57,733 bases of DNA, from assembly GCA_043805735.1 (NCBI GenBank), contig JAZDHS010000032.1:1-57733 (forward strand), written 5' to 3'. The notes beneath the pieces are model-generated. The model had not been told where the DNA came from and made no database searches. It saw nothing but the letters and a program-made list of their open reading frames with translations. How positions within the stretch are numbered: the stretch's first letter is position 1; every line of letters starts with the position of its first letter. This stretch comes from Candidatus Omnitrophota bacterium. Lineage in GTDB: Bacteria > Omnitrophota > Gorgyraeia > JAFGHF01. Made by a program: the position numbers and the translations under genes. Below are positions 41,975 to 50,914 of the stretch, one piece after another.

Positions 41975-44146
41975 TTATTCGCTGGGGACGAAAACTCTAT
42001 ATAGATCGGGATTTTTGGCGCAGGCGAGGATTTTTTGCCTAGTGGACGGAGAAATCAGCAGTTTGGTCATCTCGGCCATAAATTCGAGGTACGGGGCGGG
42101 GTATTCCTTGGGAGACAATGTCAGCACGAAGATATTGGCCGGTTTTTTATCCAGCGAATTAAAATCAACTCCGGATTTCTTTAAACCAATCGCGGCAATT
42201 ACGCGTTCAACCGCAGCGGTTTTGGCATGCGGCAGGGTAATGCCGTCTTGCATACCGGTGGACATGGTCGACTCGCGCCTCAAGATGTCCTGAACTACTT
42301 CTTCGTATTTGGTGTGATTTAACTTGCCGGAGCGGATTAAAAGCTGGGTAAGCTCACGAATCAACTCTTCTTTCGTCGTTCCTTTAAGCGCCACCTCCAC
42401 CGCAAAAGGAGAAATAACACCGGCAAGTTTACTTTGTTCCTTATGTGTGCCGTTGGCTTTATCAAACATCTGCCGGCCAACTTTCTCTTTGTCGGCAATA
42501 TTTTGGAGGTTGCGAATGAGATATTCCAGATCAGCGATGACTTCATAGAACAGGGTGTAAATAAAAGAGACGTCCTGGGCCAGGCAATGGAAGACCAGCT
42601 GCTTGGGTGAATATTCCAAAGTAATTGCCGTTTCGTCTTTACGGATTTGAAAAATCCGATTGGGCAGCTCGATGCAATGCACGTAAAACCCGCTGTTTTC
42701 AAAGGCCAGGATGACCTTATTCAGCATTAACTCCGCGGTATCGGGATTAGGCATGGCAAAGTTGATTTCTTTGCGTTCTTTTTTCTGTGGCGGTTCTTTT
42801 CTGAGCACGGGCTTATCCGAGCTCATTAACGCCGACACCAAAGGCGGGGTAACCAGGGTAGTCACGAAGGTCATCAATATTGCCACGCCAAAGATATCGT
42901 GCGGGATAATGCCGGCAGCCAAGCCGATACCGGCAATAATCAGCGCCACCTCGCCGCGGGGAATCATCCCCACGCCAATGCGTAGTGCGCCCAGTGCGTT
43001 AAAATTCAAAAATAAGGCCGGAATCCCGCAGCCTAATAATTTGCTGATTATCGCAAAGGTAACAAAGACTAGGGAAAACAAGGCAATGTGCCAGGAAAAC
43101 ATACCTTGAATATTAACCAGCATACCCATGACGCAAAAGAATAACGGCACTAAGAACTTTTGCAGGCCGGAAAGATTTTCCTGGATCAGGTAAGAAAGGT
43201 CGGTTTTGGAAAGTGAAAGTCCGATAATATAGGCGCCGATAATCATCGCCAGGCCGGATTTCTCAAAAATTCCGGCTAATAAAAGGGCGATCGCAAACGC
43301 CATCAGAGAAATAGTAATTCGGTCTTTAAACGATTTTAAAAATTTCGCTAATTGGCGGGAAAAAATTAGCCCCAGGGCCGTAAAACCCAGCCAGATCACG
43401 ATCGCTTTTAAGCTGATCAGGAAAATTTTCTGCCAGTCAATATGCCCGCTCTTAGCAATGCTGACTACTAAAGCCAGTATAATAATCCCTAAAACATCAT
43501 CAATAACCGCGGCGGAAATAATCGTAATGCCATCCGGCGAATCCATCTTCTTCTTTTCAGATAAAATCCGGGCGCTGATACCCACCGAGGTAGCGGTAGA
43601 AATCGCGCCTAAGAAAAGCGAAACTGGGTGCAAAAAGCCATAATTACCGCCAAGCGAATGCGAAAATAATACTGCTGAGAGATCACCTAAGGTAAAACTG
43701 ACAATAACACCAAATAGACCAACAACCGAACCGGCAACGGAATAGCGGAAAAAAGTATCGATGTCTGTTTGCAGTCCGGCGGTAAAAAGAAGGATAATCG
43801 AGGCAATCGCGGCAATACTGTAGAGTTCAACGGAAACCGGAAAATCGGACAGTAACGGAAATACCCCTTGAGAGAATCCCGGTATGGGGATTCGCCCAAA
43901 AAGATAAGGCCCGATCAGCACACCAGCAATAATCTCACCTAATACGGCCGGAAATTTTAATCGCTCAAATAACGAACCACCCAGCCAGGCGGCAAAGATA
44001 ATAATACCGATCTGAAAAACTAATACCGCCATGCGGTCAACCAGGCCGGCCTCCCCTGATCCTTCAGCGGCATAGGCCGCCGAGCCAATCAACAGGGACA
44101 GGCCCAGTAATAAATAGATAAGATATTTTTTGTTTTTTAGCATCAT
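41975..44146 (-). CDS. CPA2-type cation:proton antiporter fused to a PTS EIIA(Ntr/Fru)-type domain
   Basis: The N-terminal ~430 aa form a polytopic Na+/H+-exchanger-like domain. The C-terminal EIIA_2 pattern reads STMSTGMQDGITLPHAKTAAV...IFVLTLSP. Confidence 0.8.
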   Translation of the reverse strand: MMLKNKKYLIYLLLGLSLLIGSAAYAAEGSGEAGLVDRMAVLVFQIGIIIFAAWLGGSLFERLKFPAVLGEIIAGVLIGPYLFGRIPIPGFSQGVFPLLSDFPVSVELYSIAAIASIILLFTAGLQTDIDTFFRYSVAGSVVGLFGVIVSFTLGDLSAVLFSHSLGGNYGFLHPVSLFLGAISTATSVGISARILSEKKKMDSPDGITIISAAVIDDVLGIIILALVVSIAKSGHIDWQKIFLISLKAIVIWLGFTALGLIFSRQLAKFLKSFKDRITISLMAFAIALLLAGIFEKSGLAMIIGAYIIGLSLSKTDLSYLIQENLSGLQKFLVPLFFCVMGMLVNIQGMFSWHIALFSLVFVTFAIISKLLGCGIPALFLNFNALGALRIGVGMIPRGEVALIIAGIGLAAGIIPHDIFGVAILMTFVTTLVTPPLVSALMSSDKPVLRKEPPQKKERKEINFAMPNPDTAELMLNKVILAFENSGFYVHCIELPNRIFQIRKDETAITLEYSPKQLVFHCLAQDVSFIYTLFYEVIADLEYLIRNLQNIADKEKVGRQMFDKANGTHKEQSKLAGVISPFAVEVALKGTTKEELIRELTQLLIRSGKLNHTKYEEVVQDILRRESTMSTGMQDGITLPHAKTAAVERVIAAIGLKKSGVDFNSLDKKPANIFVLTLSPKEYPAPYLEFMAEMTKLLISPSTRQKILACAKNPDLYRVFVPSE

Positions 44147-44169
44147 CGGACCAATAATATTTGCCCTAT

Positions 44170-44226
44170 AAAAAAAGAAAAATCTGCCTCGCCTACGGGA
44201 TTAGTTTATGGGTTAGGGCGGCAGAT
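44170..44226 (-). terminator. Probable terminator (hairpin with large loop + U-rich tract)
   Basis: Minus sense: ATCTGCCGCCC, 22 nt, GGCGAGGCAGAT, then TTTTTCTTTTTTTAT. Confidence 0.45.
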
Positions 44227-44345
44227 ACCCCCCCGGCCAAATTACTGTTAGCCGGATACACCCGAAGGAGTTTTCCCGTTCTCTCGAAGTAAAGAAATTC
44301 GGCGTTTACTACCTGTGCTGCTTCAGAAACGACAAAAGAGATTAC

Positions 44346-44723
44346 TTAATTTTGGTTCTCAACGGTAATGGTAGAGGCGACGGCCTTGCCATTTTCGTCG
44401 GTACTGTAATTTACATAAACCTTCGCTCCCACCGGAAGATCGGCTAAGGGCATCTCGATCTGATTATTTCCAATTAGCGTAGAGTCGCCAACCAAAAGCA
44501 CCGTTTCCTGGGGCGGCTGGGTCTCGTCAGCGGCCGGAGTTTGAACAGTAATCGACCGCTCATCCAGATTTACCGCCACAACCATACCCGCTACTTCCTG
44601 TAAAGAGACTTCAGCAGTCTCCCCCATTGTTTCTTCCTGGGCCGATACAACCGGTACGGCCAACGCTACTAAGCCTAATACTAAAAGAACGCATAAAAAT
44701 GTACCTTTTTTCATGTTTTTCAC
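44346..44723 (-). CDS. Small secreted protein, function unknown
   Basis: Signal peptide MKNMKKGTFLCVLLVLGLVALAVPVVSAQ, 125 aa, SD AAGGAGGTG. Confidence 0.6.
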   Translation of the reverse strand: MKNMKKGTFLCVLLVLGLVALAVPVVSAQEETMGETAEVSLQEVAGMVVAVNLDERSITVQTPAADETQPPQETVLLVGDSTLIGNNQIEMPLADLPVGAKVYVNYSTDENGKAVASTITVENQN

Positions 44724-44751
44724 CTCCTTACTTAAGAAAATTTTGTGTCTA

Positions 44752-44780
44752 TAAAAAAAGAGAATGATTACTCATCCTCT
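44752..44780 (-). terminator. Rho-independent terminator lying between a promoter and the gene it should drive
   Basis: Minus sense: AGAGGATGA-gtaa-TCATTCTCT, followed by TTTTTTTAT. Confidence 0.6.
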
Positions 44781-44814
44781 ATAACCACTGCTCTTTTTTA
44801 TATTATGTTTTAAT

Positions 44815-44843
44815 AATATACACCTAAGCTATCCTGCTGTCAA
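44815..44843 (-). promoter_or_regulatory. Near-consensus sigma70 promoter
   Basis: Minus sense: TTGACA, 17 nt spacer, TATATT. Confidence 0.6.
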
Positions 44844-44848
44844 GCCTT

Positions 44849-46642
44849 TTAGCGGGGCTTAGACCTAGGGTTAAGTTTTTTGAGCACATGTAAGGCCCCC
44901 AGTTCTTTAAGCGCCTCGACAATCAATTTCCGGTTCGCCGGTTTATAATACTGGATTAGCGCCCGTTGCATCTTACGCTCGCGGAAGGTCCTGGCCACAT
45001 AGACTTTTTTACCAGTAAAGGGGTCTTTTTCGGTATAGTAGATGCAGCCGGCTAAGGTCATCGGCGAGGGGATGAAATCCTGAATCTGTTCCGGGTGAAT
45101 GCCCCGTTTAGCCAGATAAAGCGCAAGCTTAAGCGCCTCTTTTAAAGACGCGCCGGGATGGCCGGAGAGAAAATAGTTGACCAAAAACAGCTCTTTTCCT
45201 AACTCCGCCTTGGCCTTACGAAAAGTGGTCACGAATTGTTCATAGACCGCAAACGACGGCTTATTCATCAAGGTGAGCACATTATCCGAACAATGTTCCG
45301 GCGCCACCTTCATCAGGCCGCTAATATGGGACTTGCACACCGCACGCAGGTATTGTTGCTGTTGGTCTTCGACCAGTAAGTCATAACGCAGGCCGCTGCC
45401 GATGAATACGTGTTTTACGCCCGGGATATTTTGGATTTCTTGATACAGCTGTAGCAACGCATCGTAGCCGAGCTTCAGGCCGGCACAGCGGCGGGGAAAC
45501 AAACACTTCTTATCGGCGCAGTAACCTTTCTTTTTCCATAACTCGCAATGGGCGGCATACAGGTTGGCCGTCGGTCCTCCGACGTCCGTAATTGTTCCTT
45601 TAAAATCCTTTTGGCTGGCCAGTAGCCACGCCTCACGGACAACCGAGGCCCGGGTTCGGCTTTGGACAATCCTTCCCTGGTGGAAATAAAGGGCGCAAAA
45701 GGAGCATTCGCCACAGCAGCCGCGGTGCGCAGTCAGCGAAAAGCTCACCGTTTCCAATCCTTTGACCCCACCGGCTTCCTTATATATAGGATGCCAGCGG
45801 CGCATATAGGGTAATTCGTAGATTGCATCCAGCTCCTGCGGCAATAGGGGTAAGGCCGGCGGAAATTGCACTGCCCAACGCGTATCCTGTTTTTGTGCTA
45901 GCGTCTTGGCGCTAAAGGGATCCATTTGTCCATAGGCGATCTTAAAGGCCCGGCCAAAGGATTCTTTATTTTGCATCACCTCTTCATAAGCCGGAAGCTT
46001 AACATGCTCCTTAATAAAATCCAAATCCCGGCGTACTACCGCCGTACCGCGAATATTATTTAACATAGCGGGCGACTCGCCGGCCTTAAGCCGGCGGGCA
46101 ATCTCGATAATCTGCTTCTCCCCCATGCCATAGACCAGGATATCGGCACGGCTGTCGATTAATATTGACCGGCGCACACTATTATCCCAGTAATCATAAT
46201 GGGCCAAACGCCGCAGACTCGCCTCAATACCGCCTAAGACTATCGGCACATCCTTATAGGCCTGGCGCACCAGGTTGGCGTAGACAATTACCGCCCGGTC
46301 CGGCCGCAGGCCGACTTTATTGCCAGGGGAATATTCATCGCTCTTGCGCGGCTTTTTATTGGCGGTATAATTGGCTACCAACGAGTCGGTATTACCGGAG
46401 GTGATGGCGAAAAAAAGCCGCGGCTCGCCTAGGCGCATCACGTCTTGCGTACTCTTCCAGTCCGGCTGGGCAATAATCCCAACACGAAAGCCATTGTGCT
46501 CTAAGACCCGGCTGATTACCGCCGCCCCGTAAGAGGGGTGGTCAACGTAGGCATCTCCGGAAATCAGGATAATATCGAGCGCATCCCAGCCGCGCTTGCG
46601 CAGGCCCTCTTTGTCTATTGGTAAAAAATCATTCTCGACCAT
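44849..46642 (-). CDS. ygiQ: YgiQ-family (UPF0313) radical SAM protein
   Basis: 597 aa. N-terminal DIILISGDAYVDHPSYGAAVISRVLE and the cluster motif CCGECSFC. Confidence 0.88.
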   Translation of the reverse strand: MVENDFLPIDKEGLRKRGWDALDIILISGDAYVDHPSYGAAVISRVLEHNGFRVGIIAQPDWKSTQDVMRLGEPRLFFAITSGNTDSLVANYTANKKPRKSDEYSPGNKVGLRPDRAVIVYANLVRQAYKDVPIVLGGIEASLRRLAHYDYWDNSVRRSILIDSRADILVYGMGEKQIIEIARRLKAGESPAMLNNIRGTAVVRRDLDFIKEHVKLPAYEEVMQNKESFGRAFKIAYGQMDPFSAKTLAQKQDTRWAVQFPPALPLLPQELDAIYELPYMRRWHPIYKEAGGVKGLETVSFSLTAHRGCCGECSFCALYFHQGRIVQSRTRASVVREAWLLASQKDFKGTITDVGGPTANLYAAHCELWKKKGYCADKKCLFPRRCAGLKLGYDALLQLYQEIQNIPGVKHVFIGSGLRYDLLVEDQQQQYLRAVCKSHISGLMKVAPEHCSDNVLTLMNKPSFAVYEQFVTTFRKAKAELGKELFLVNYFLSGHPGASLKEALKLALYLAKRGIHPEQIQDFIPSPMTLAGCIYYTEKDPFTGKKVYVARTFRERKMQRALIQYYKPANRKLIVEALKELGALHVLKKLNPRSKPR

Positions 46643-46672
46643 AGCACATATTGTACACTAAAAACTTATCTA

Positions 46673-46701
46673 TTGCAAAAGAACTACTCCTGGGCTAAAC
46701 T
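46673..46701 (+). promoter_or_regulatory. Possible sigma70 promoter for 46711..48138 (leaderless geometry)
   Basis: TTGCAA, 17 nt spacer, TAAACT. ATG 46711 lies 9 nt after the -10, and there is no SD. Confidence 0.35.
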
Positions 46702-46710
46702 AACTTTACT

Positions 46711-48138
46711 ATGCCTAAAAATATAAAGCAGATTATTCCGTCATCAGTCTGCCTGGCCTGCGATGTCTGCTGCCGCTATCCCGAGAGGACAACCGCCTTT
46801 GCGCCTTGCTTTCTTTCTTCGGAAATCGCCGAAATCGTGCCGCAACAATCTGTCTTTGATTCTATCGGCAAGAAAAAGGATAATAAAACGCCGCCCTTGC
46901 CGCAAGGCCTGGGTTATCGCTGCTCCTTCTTCTTACCGGAAAAAAATAGCTGCCGCATCTATTCCCAACGCCCTCTGGACTGTCAAATCTATCCCTTCAT
47001 GGTCACTTATGCTGCCGACTGCGCCTCGGTAATCCTGGCCCTCGACAGCCACTGTCCGTATTTCCGAGGCAAGGAATCCTCACCCGAGGTCAAAACTCAT
47101 GCTGATTATCTTGCCGCTTTACTTGAGTCGGAAGAAATGATTAACTCCATCGGCGAGAATAAAAATTTTATCGGCGATTATCAGGAAGGCTCAATTTTTT
47201 TAAGGAAACTGGGGGGCTTAAGTAAAAGGCTTAAACTTAGCGATTACGGACTAACTAGAATCTCCTTAAAAGATAAAAGTTTGTTTGACGAATACCTACG
47301 TAAAACTAAGCGGCCGATTTCGGCCTTTCATTTTGCCGCAATCTATATCTGGTCACAGGCCTTGAATATCCTGTGGAAGGAAATCAACGGGGCTTTATCT
47401 GTTTTCGCCGGCAATGATCAGGATTATTTTCTTTTTCTGCCTCCGCTAGATACCGTATTCAACGAACAGGCCTATCAAGAATCTCTGGATATCCTTAAGG
47501 CTCTTAATCAAAACAGTGCGGCTGTTCCGCGGATCGAAAACGCGCCAGAGGAACTTTCAGGCCAGATGCGCTCTTTGGGCTTAAAGACCCAGAGCTCGTC
47601 TTGCGAATTTATCTATGACCGACAAAGCCTCACCCAGTTAAAAGGAGAGGCCTTTAAATCTAAACGGGCGCTGGCAAACTACTTTAGCAAAAATTACCGC
47701 TATATTTTTAGGCCATTCCAAGAGGCCGATATTTTCGCTTGTCTTGACCTCTACCGGCAATGGGCCGGACAAAAATTGTCCGCTACGCCCGACGAATATT
47801 TCCGGTTTTTAATCGAAGACTCTTATTTTGCCCAGAAAACAGCGCTGTTCAATTATCGTCTCCTGGAATTGGAGGGATGGGTAGTCGAGATTGAAGGGGC
47901 GATCAAAGGCTATACGCTGGGATATCCGCTTAATCAAGATACTTTTGTTATCTTGTTTGAAACAGCGGATACGCTATTTAAGGGTTTGCCTCAGTTTTTG
48001 TTTAAAGAATCGCTAAACCAATTGCCGGCCTATCGCTACATCAACGCCTTAAGCGATTCGGGCTTAAAAAACCTCAAAACGGTCAAGGAATCATACCGCC
48101 CAATACAAAAGATGCCCGTCTTCACTGCTGCGCTTTAA
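46711..48138 (+). CDS. Fusion of a YkgJ-type Cys-cluster domain (UPF0153) with a DUF2156 (MprF C-terminal-like) domain
   Basis: N-terminal CLACDVCC...C(x)5C pattern. The C-terminal 300 aa read RISLKDKSLFDEYL...FHFAAIYIWS...EFIYDRQSLTQLKGEAFKSKRALANYFSKNY, typical of DUF2156. Confidence 0.65.
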   Translation: MPKNIKQIIPSSVCLACDVCCRYPERTTAFAPCFLSSEIAEIVPQQSVFDSIGKKKDNKTPPLPQGLGYRCSFFLPEKNSCRIYSQRPLDCQIYPFMVTYAADCASVILALDSHCPYFRGKESSPEVKTHADYLAALLESEEMINSIGENKNFIGDYQEGSIFLRKLGGLSKRLKLSDYGLTRISLKDKSLFDEYLRKTKRPISAFHFAAIYIWSQALNILWKEINGALSVFAGNDQDYFLFLPPLDTVFNEQAYQESLDILKALNQNSAAVPRIENAPEELSGQMRSLGLKTQSSSCEFIYDRQSLTQLKGEAFKSKRALANYFSKNYRYIFRPFQEADIFACLDLYRQWAGQKLSATPDEYFRFLIEDSYFAQKTALFNYRLLELEGWVVEIEGAIKGYTLGYPLNQDTFVILFETADTLFKGLPQFLFKESLNQLPAYRYINALSDSGLKNLKTVKESYRPIQKMPVFTAAL

Positions 48139-49093
48139 TTTCCTCTATTAGCTCATTAACGGCATTGATAACGATTTGGGGCTGTTTGATATGCAGATTA
48201 TGGTCTCCTTTGACCATAATAATATTGTGCGGACTTAATTCGCGCAGCGCTAAATCCCGCCATACCTCTTCTACCCGCCGCGCTTCTTCCGCAGAAACCC
48301 CAAAAACAGAATAGGGGCGGGTATGTATCAGCACCTTGATTGGCATTGCGCTGGGCAATTGAGCGTGGCGAAGCTGTTGTATGCTGATCGGCAAAGAAAC
48401 CGTTTCTTCGTAGGTGGTGTCGTATGCTGGTAAACGAAATCCCCGCGCCGACGCTATAGGCTGAATTTCCCCGGGAAGGTTAAGCGGGCTCATCGGCCAG
48501 TTCAGCAAACGGGTTATCCCTATCGGTGCCGTCAAGCGGCCAAAATTGAGCAAAAGCCTCTGCGCAATCTGAATTTTATTCATCAACTCGGGAAAATAGT
48601 CGGCTATCTGGTCCGGCGGGGAATCAATAAGCACCAAGCCCAGGACTTCCTGTGGAAACTGGCTGGCGTATAAACGCATATTTAATCCGCCAAAAGAATG
48701 GCCGACTAAAATGTAAGGGCCAGGAATATCGGCTTTTGCCAGTAGGGTATGTAATTCGTTGACGATTTGCTGGCTGGTACGCGGCAGGGGCCCCGGTTCA
48801 CTCCAGCCTAGGCCAGCACGGTCATAGGTACAAACACGGGTAATTTTGGCCAATTCCGCTTCCACCCCATACCAACTCAGCGAATAACCCCTGAGCCCCG
48901 AATCCATTACTACCGTAGGGCTTCCTGAGCCTGCCGTATGCAGGTGCAATTTATAACCGCCAACGTCGAAGAGTTTACCCGGATGAGGATAACGCTGCTG
49001 GTCGATAATCGTGGCCGCGGATTGATAACAGACGCCCCCCGAGATCAAGAGCAGGAAAAGCAGAAAAAGAACCCGCCAGGAAAGTTTTTTCAT
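48122..49093 (-). CDS. Alpha/beta-fold hydrolase with N-terminal signal/anchor
   Basis: Nucleophile elbow GHSFGG, HG-type oxyanion region VVMDSG and a C-terminal GDHNLH. Confidence 0.8.
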   Translation of the reverse strand: MKKLSWRVLFLLFLLLISGGVCYQSAATIIDQQRYPHPGKLFDVGGYKLHLHTAGSGSPTVVMDSGLRGYSLSWYGVEAELAKITRVCTYDRAGLGWSEPGPLPRTSQQIVNELHTLLAKADIPGPYILVGHSFGGLNMRLYASQFPQEVLGLVLIDSPPDQIADYFPELMNKIQIAQRLLLNFGRLTAPIGITRLLNWPMSPLNLPGEIQPIASARGFRLPAYDTTYEETVSLPISIQQLRHAQLPSAMPIKVLIHTRPYSVFGVSAEEARRVEEVWRDLALRELSPHNIIMVKGDHNLHIKQPQIVINAVNELIEEIKAQQ

Positions 49094-49884
49094 CGCTGAG
49101 TCTTTTTTAGCACAGTTAACATCTGATTATGGATTTTGCCGTTGGAGGCCACAATATAAGAGTTTTTTAAAATTACCGGCTCGCCAAATCGGCCGCTCAC
49201 CCTACCCCCGGCTTCTTCGACCAGGAGCTCACCCGCCGCAAAGTCCCAGGGGCTCAGTTCATACTCCCAGAAACCCGAGGCTCGGCCGCAGGCGACATAG
49301 CATAGATCCAGGGCCGCCGAACCAAAACGCCTGATCCCGGCGATATCTTTGAGCAAAAACCGCTTGATCATTTCGATGTTATCGAGCATTTTCGCTCCCC
49401 GGTCGTAGTAAAAGCCGGTAATCAACATCGCGCCTTCCAGCTTTCCGGCTTTAGCTACTGCAATTTTTTTCCCGTTTAAAAAAGCGCCGCGGCCCTTCCG
49501 GGCGACAAACATTTCATCGCGCAGCACATCATACACTACGCCCAAAAGCAGTTGTTCTTTTCGAGCCAGGGCGATGGAGACACAAAACAGCGGCAGCTTG
49601 TAGGCAAAGTTATTGGTTCCATCCAAGGGGTCAACAATCCAGGTATACTCCGAACTGGTTTTCGTGCCGTAGCGCCCCTCTTCGGCAAGGATATTGTGGT
49701 CGGGAAAGTGTTTTCTAATTAGCGCGACTACTTTTTTTTCCGCCTCAATGTCGGCAACGGTAACCAAGTCAAACGGTGAGGATTTGGTAGTAATTTTTAG
49801 TTTGCGCGGGTAATATTTTTTATGCACACCACCAGCCGCCCTTGCCGCGGCCAGGGCTACGCTCAAAAATTTTTCTTTATCCAT
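49090..49884 (-). CDS. Inositol monophosphatase family protein (SuhB-like)
   Basis: Motifs EEG, WIVDPLDGTNNF and WDFAAG. Start set at M25 (ATG 49884), 13 nt after the upstream stop. Confidence 0.85.
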   Translation of the reverse strand: MDKEKFLSVALAAARAAGGVHKKYYPRKLKITTKSSPFDLVTVADIEAEKKVVALIRKHFPDHNILAEEGRYGTKTSSEYTWIVDPLDGTNNFAYKLPLFCVSIALARKEQLLLGVVYDVLRDEMFVARKGRGAFLNGKKIAVAKAGKLEGAMLITGFYYDRGAKMLDNIEMIKRFLLKDIAGIRRFGSAALDLCYVACGRASGFWEYELSPWDFAAGELLVEEAGGRVSGRFGEPVILKNSYIVASNGKIHNQMLTVLKKTQR

Positions 49885-49897
49885 GGCTTCCTTTTTT

Positions 49898-50602
49898 TTA
49901 GACTGTTCCCTGTAGATAGGCCTGCCTTTTCGCTTCCGGGAATTTCTCAATTGCATAACGCAACATTGTCCGGGGCATCTGCCGATAATGCCTTCTTAAG
50001 AATTGTTCTTCAACCGCGTTGTCCCTTTTGCCGACCTCACGCAGCATCCAACCTACGGCCTTATGAATCAGGTCCTCTTCATCGCGCAAGAGTAAAGAGG
50101 CGATTTTAAGCGCCTCCTCAAAAAACCCCTGTTTAATGTAATGAAAGGTAGAGAGCATCGCTATTCTTCTCTCCCATAACGACGCGGACTGCGCTAAGGC
50201 ATAGAGCGGAGTTTTGGTTTTATCCCTTAAAAAGGCGCCCACGATATGTTCGGCGCTTAAGTCGACGAGGTCCCAGTTGTTGATCTGACGGGTATGCTTG
50301 AGATAGATTTGATATATCTTTTCTTGGCCGGGTTGCTTTGATTGTTTGTAGCGTAATACCAGAAGTAAAAGCGCGGCTAAGCGCTCTTCGTGAATAGGTG
50401 ATTTCAGTAAGGTAACGACATGCTTAATGTCGATATCGCGGTGCTTTTTTACTACCGCCCGGATTTGCGGAACTTTTACTCCGATAAACCGATCCCCCTG
50501 AGCATATTCGCCGGGCCCGGTCTTAAAAAAGCGTTGGAGTATTTTTGCCTTTTCTTTACTACTATAATTTTTAAGATCTTTTTGCAGCGCTTGCGCAGTC
50601 AT
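49898..50602 (-). CDS. DNA alkylation repair protein (AlkD-like HEAT-repeat family)
   Basis: 234 aa with KAKILQRFFKTGPGEYAQGDRFIGVKVPQIR and INNWDLVD. Confidence 0.8.
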   Translation of the reverse strand: MTAQALQKDLKNYSSKEKAKILQRFFKTGPGEYAQGDRFIGVKVPQIRAVVKKHRDIDIKHVVTLLKSPIHEERLAALLLLVLRYKQSKQPGQEKIYQIYLKHTRQINNWDLVDLSAEHIVGAFLRDKTKTPLYALAQSASLWERRIAMLSTFHYIKQGFFEEALKIASLLLRDEEDLIHKAVGWMLREVGKRDNAVEEQFLRRHYRQMPRTMLRYAIEKFPEAKRQAYLQGTV

Positions 50603-50620
50603 AACCTAAAATAAAGACCC

Positions 50621-50914
50621 TTACGTTATTTCCTGTAACGGTAAAAGAAAGGCCTTGACCCCTTCCTTGCCCAGTTCTTTACGCAGTTGCCGGATTCCCT
50701 CAAGAAGAACGCGGGCTTGTTTATCGTTACAAGCTATAAATAAGACATTATTCAAACCCGGCCAGATATCATCACCCAAATGTGTCCCCGAAGTTGCCCC
50801 CTTACCGAATACCGAATGCATTTTCGTATAATTGGGTGTGCCGGCGAAGTTTAATACCTCTATTACTTCCGCATCCACGGCCTCATTATAGGCGATCATC
50901 ACCATTGCCAACAT
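50621..50914 (-). CDS. Small P-II-like transporter-associated protein
   Basis: 97 aa with MIAYNEAVDAEVIEVLN...YTKMHSVFGKGATSGTHLGDDIWPGLNNVLF. I recall this type of small protein downstream of RND pumps (PG0541-like family name from memory, not verifiable here). Confidence 0.55.
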   Translation of the reverse strand: MLAMVMIAYNEAVDAEVIEVLNFAGTPNYTKMHSVFGKGATSGTHLGDDIWPGLNNVLFIACNDKQARVLLEGIRQLRKELGKEGVKAFLLPLQEIT

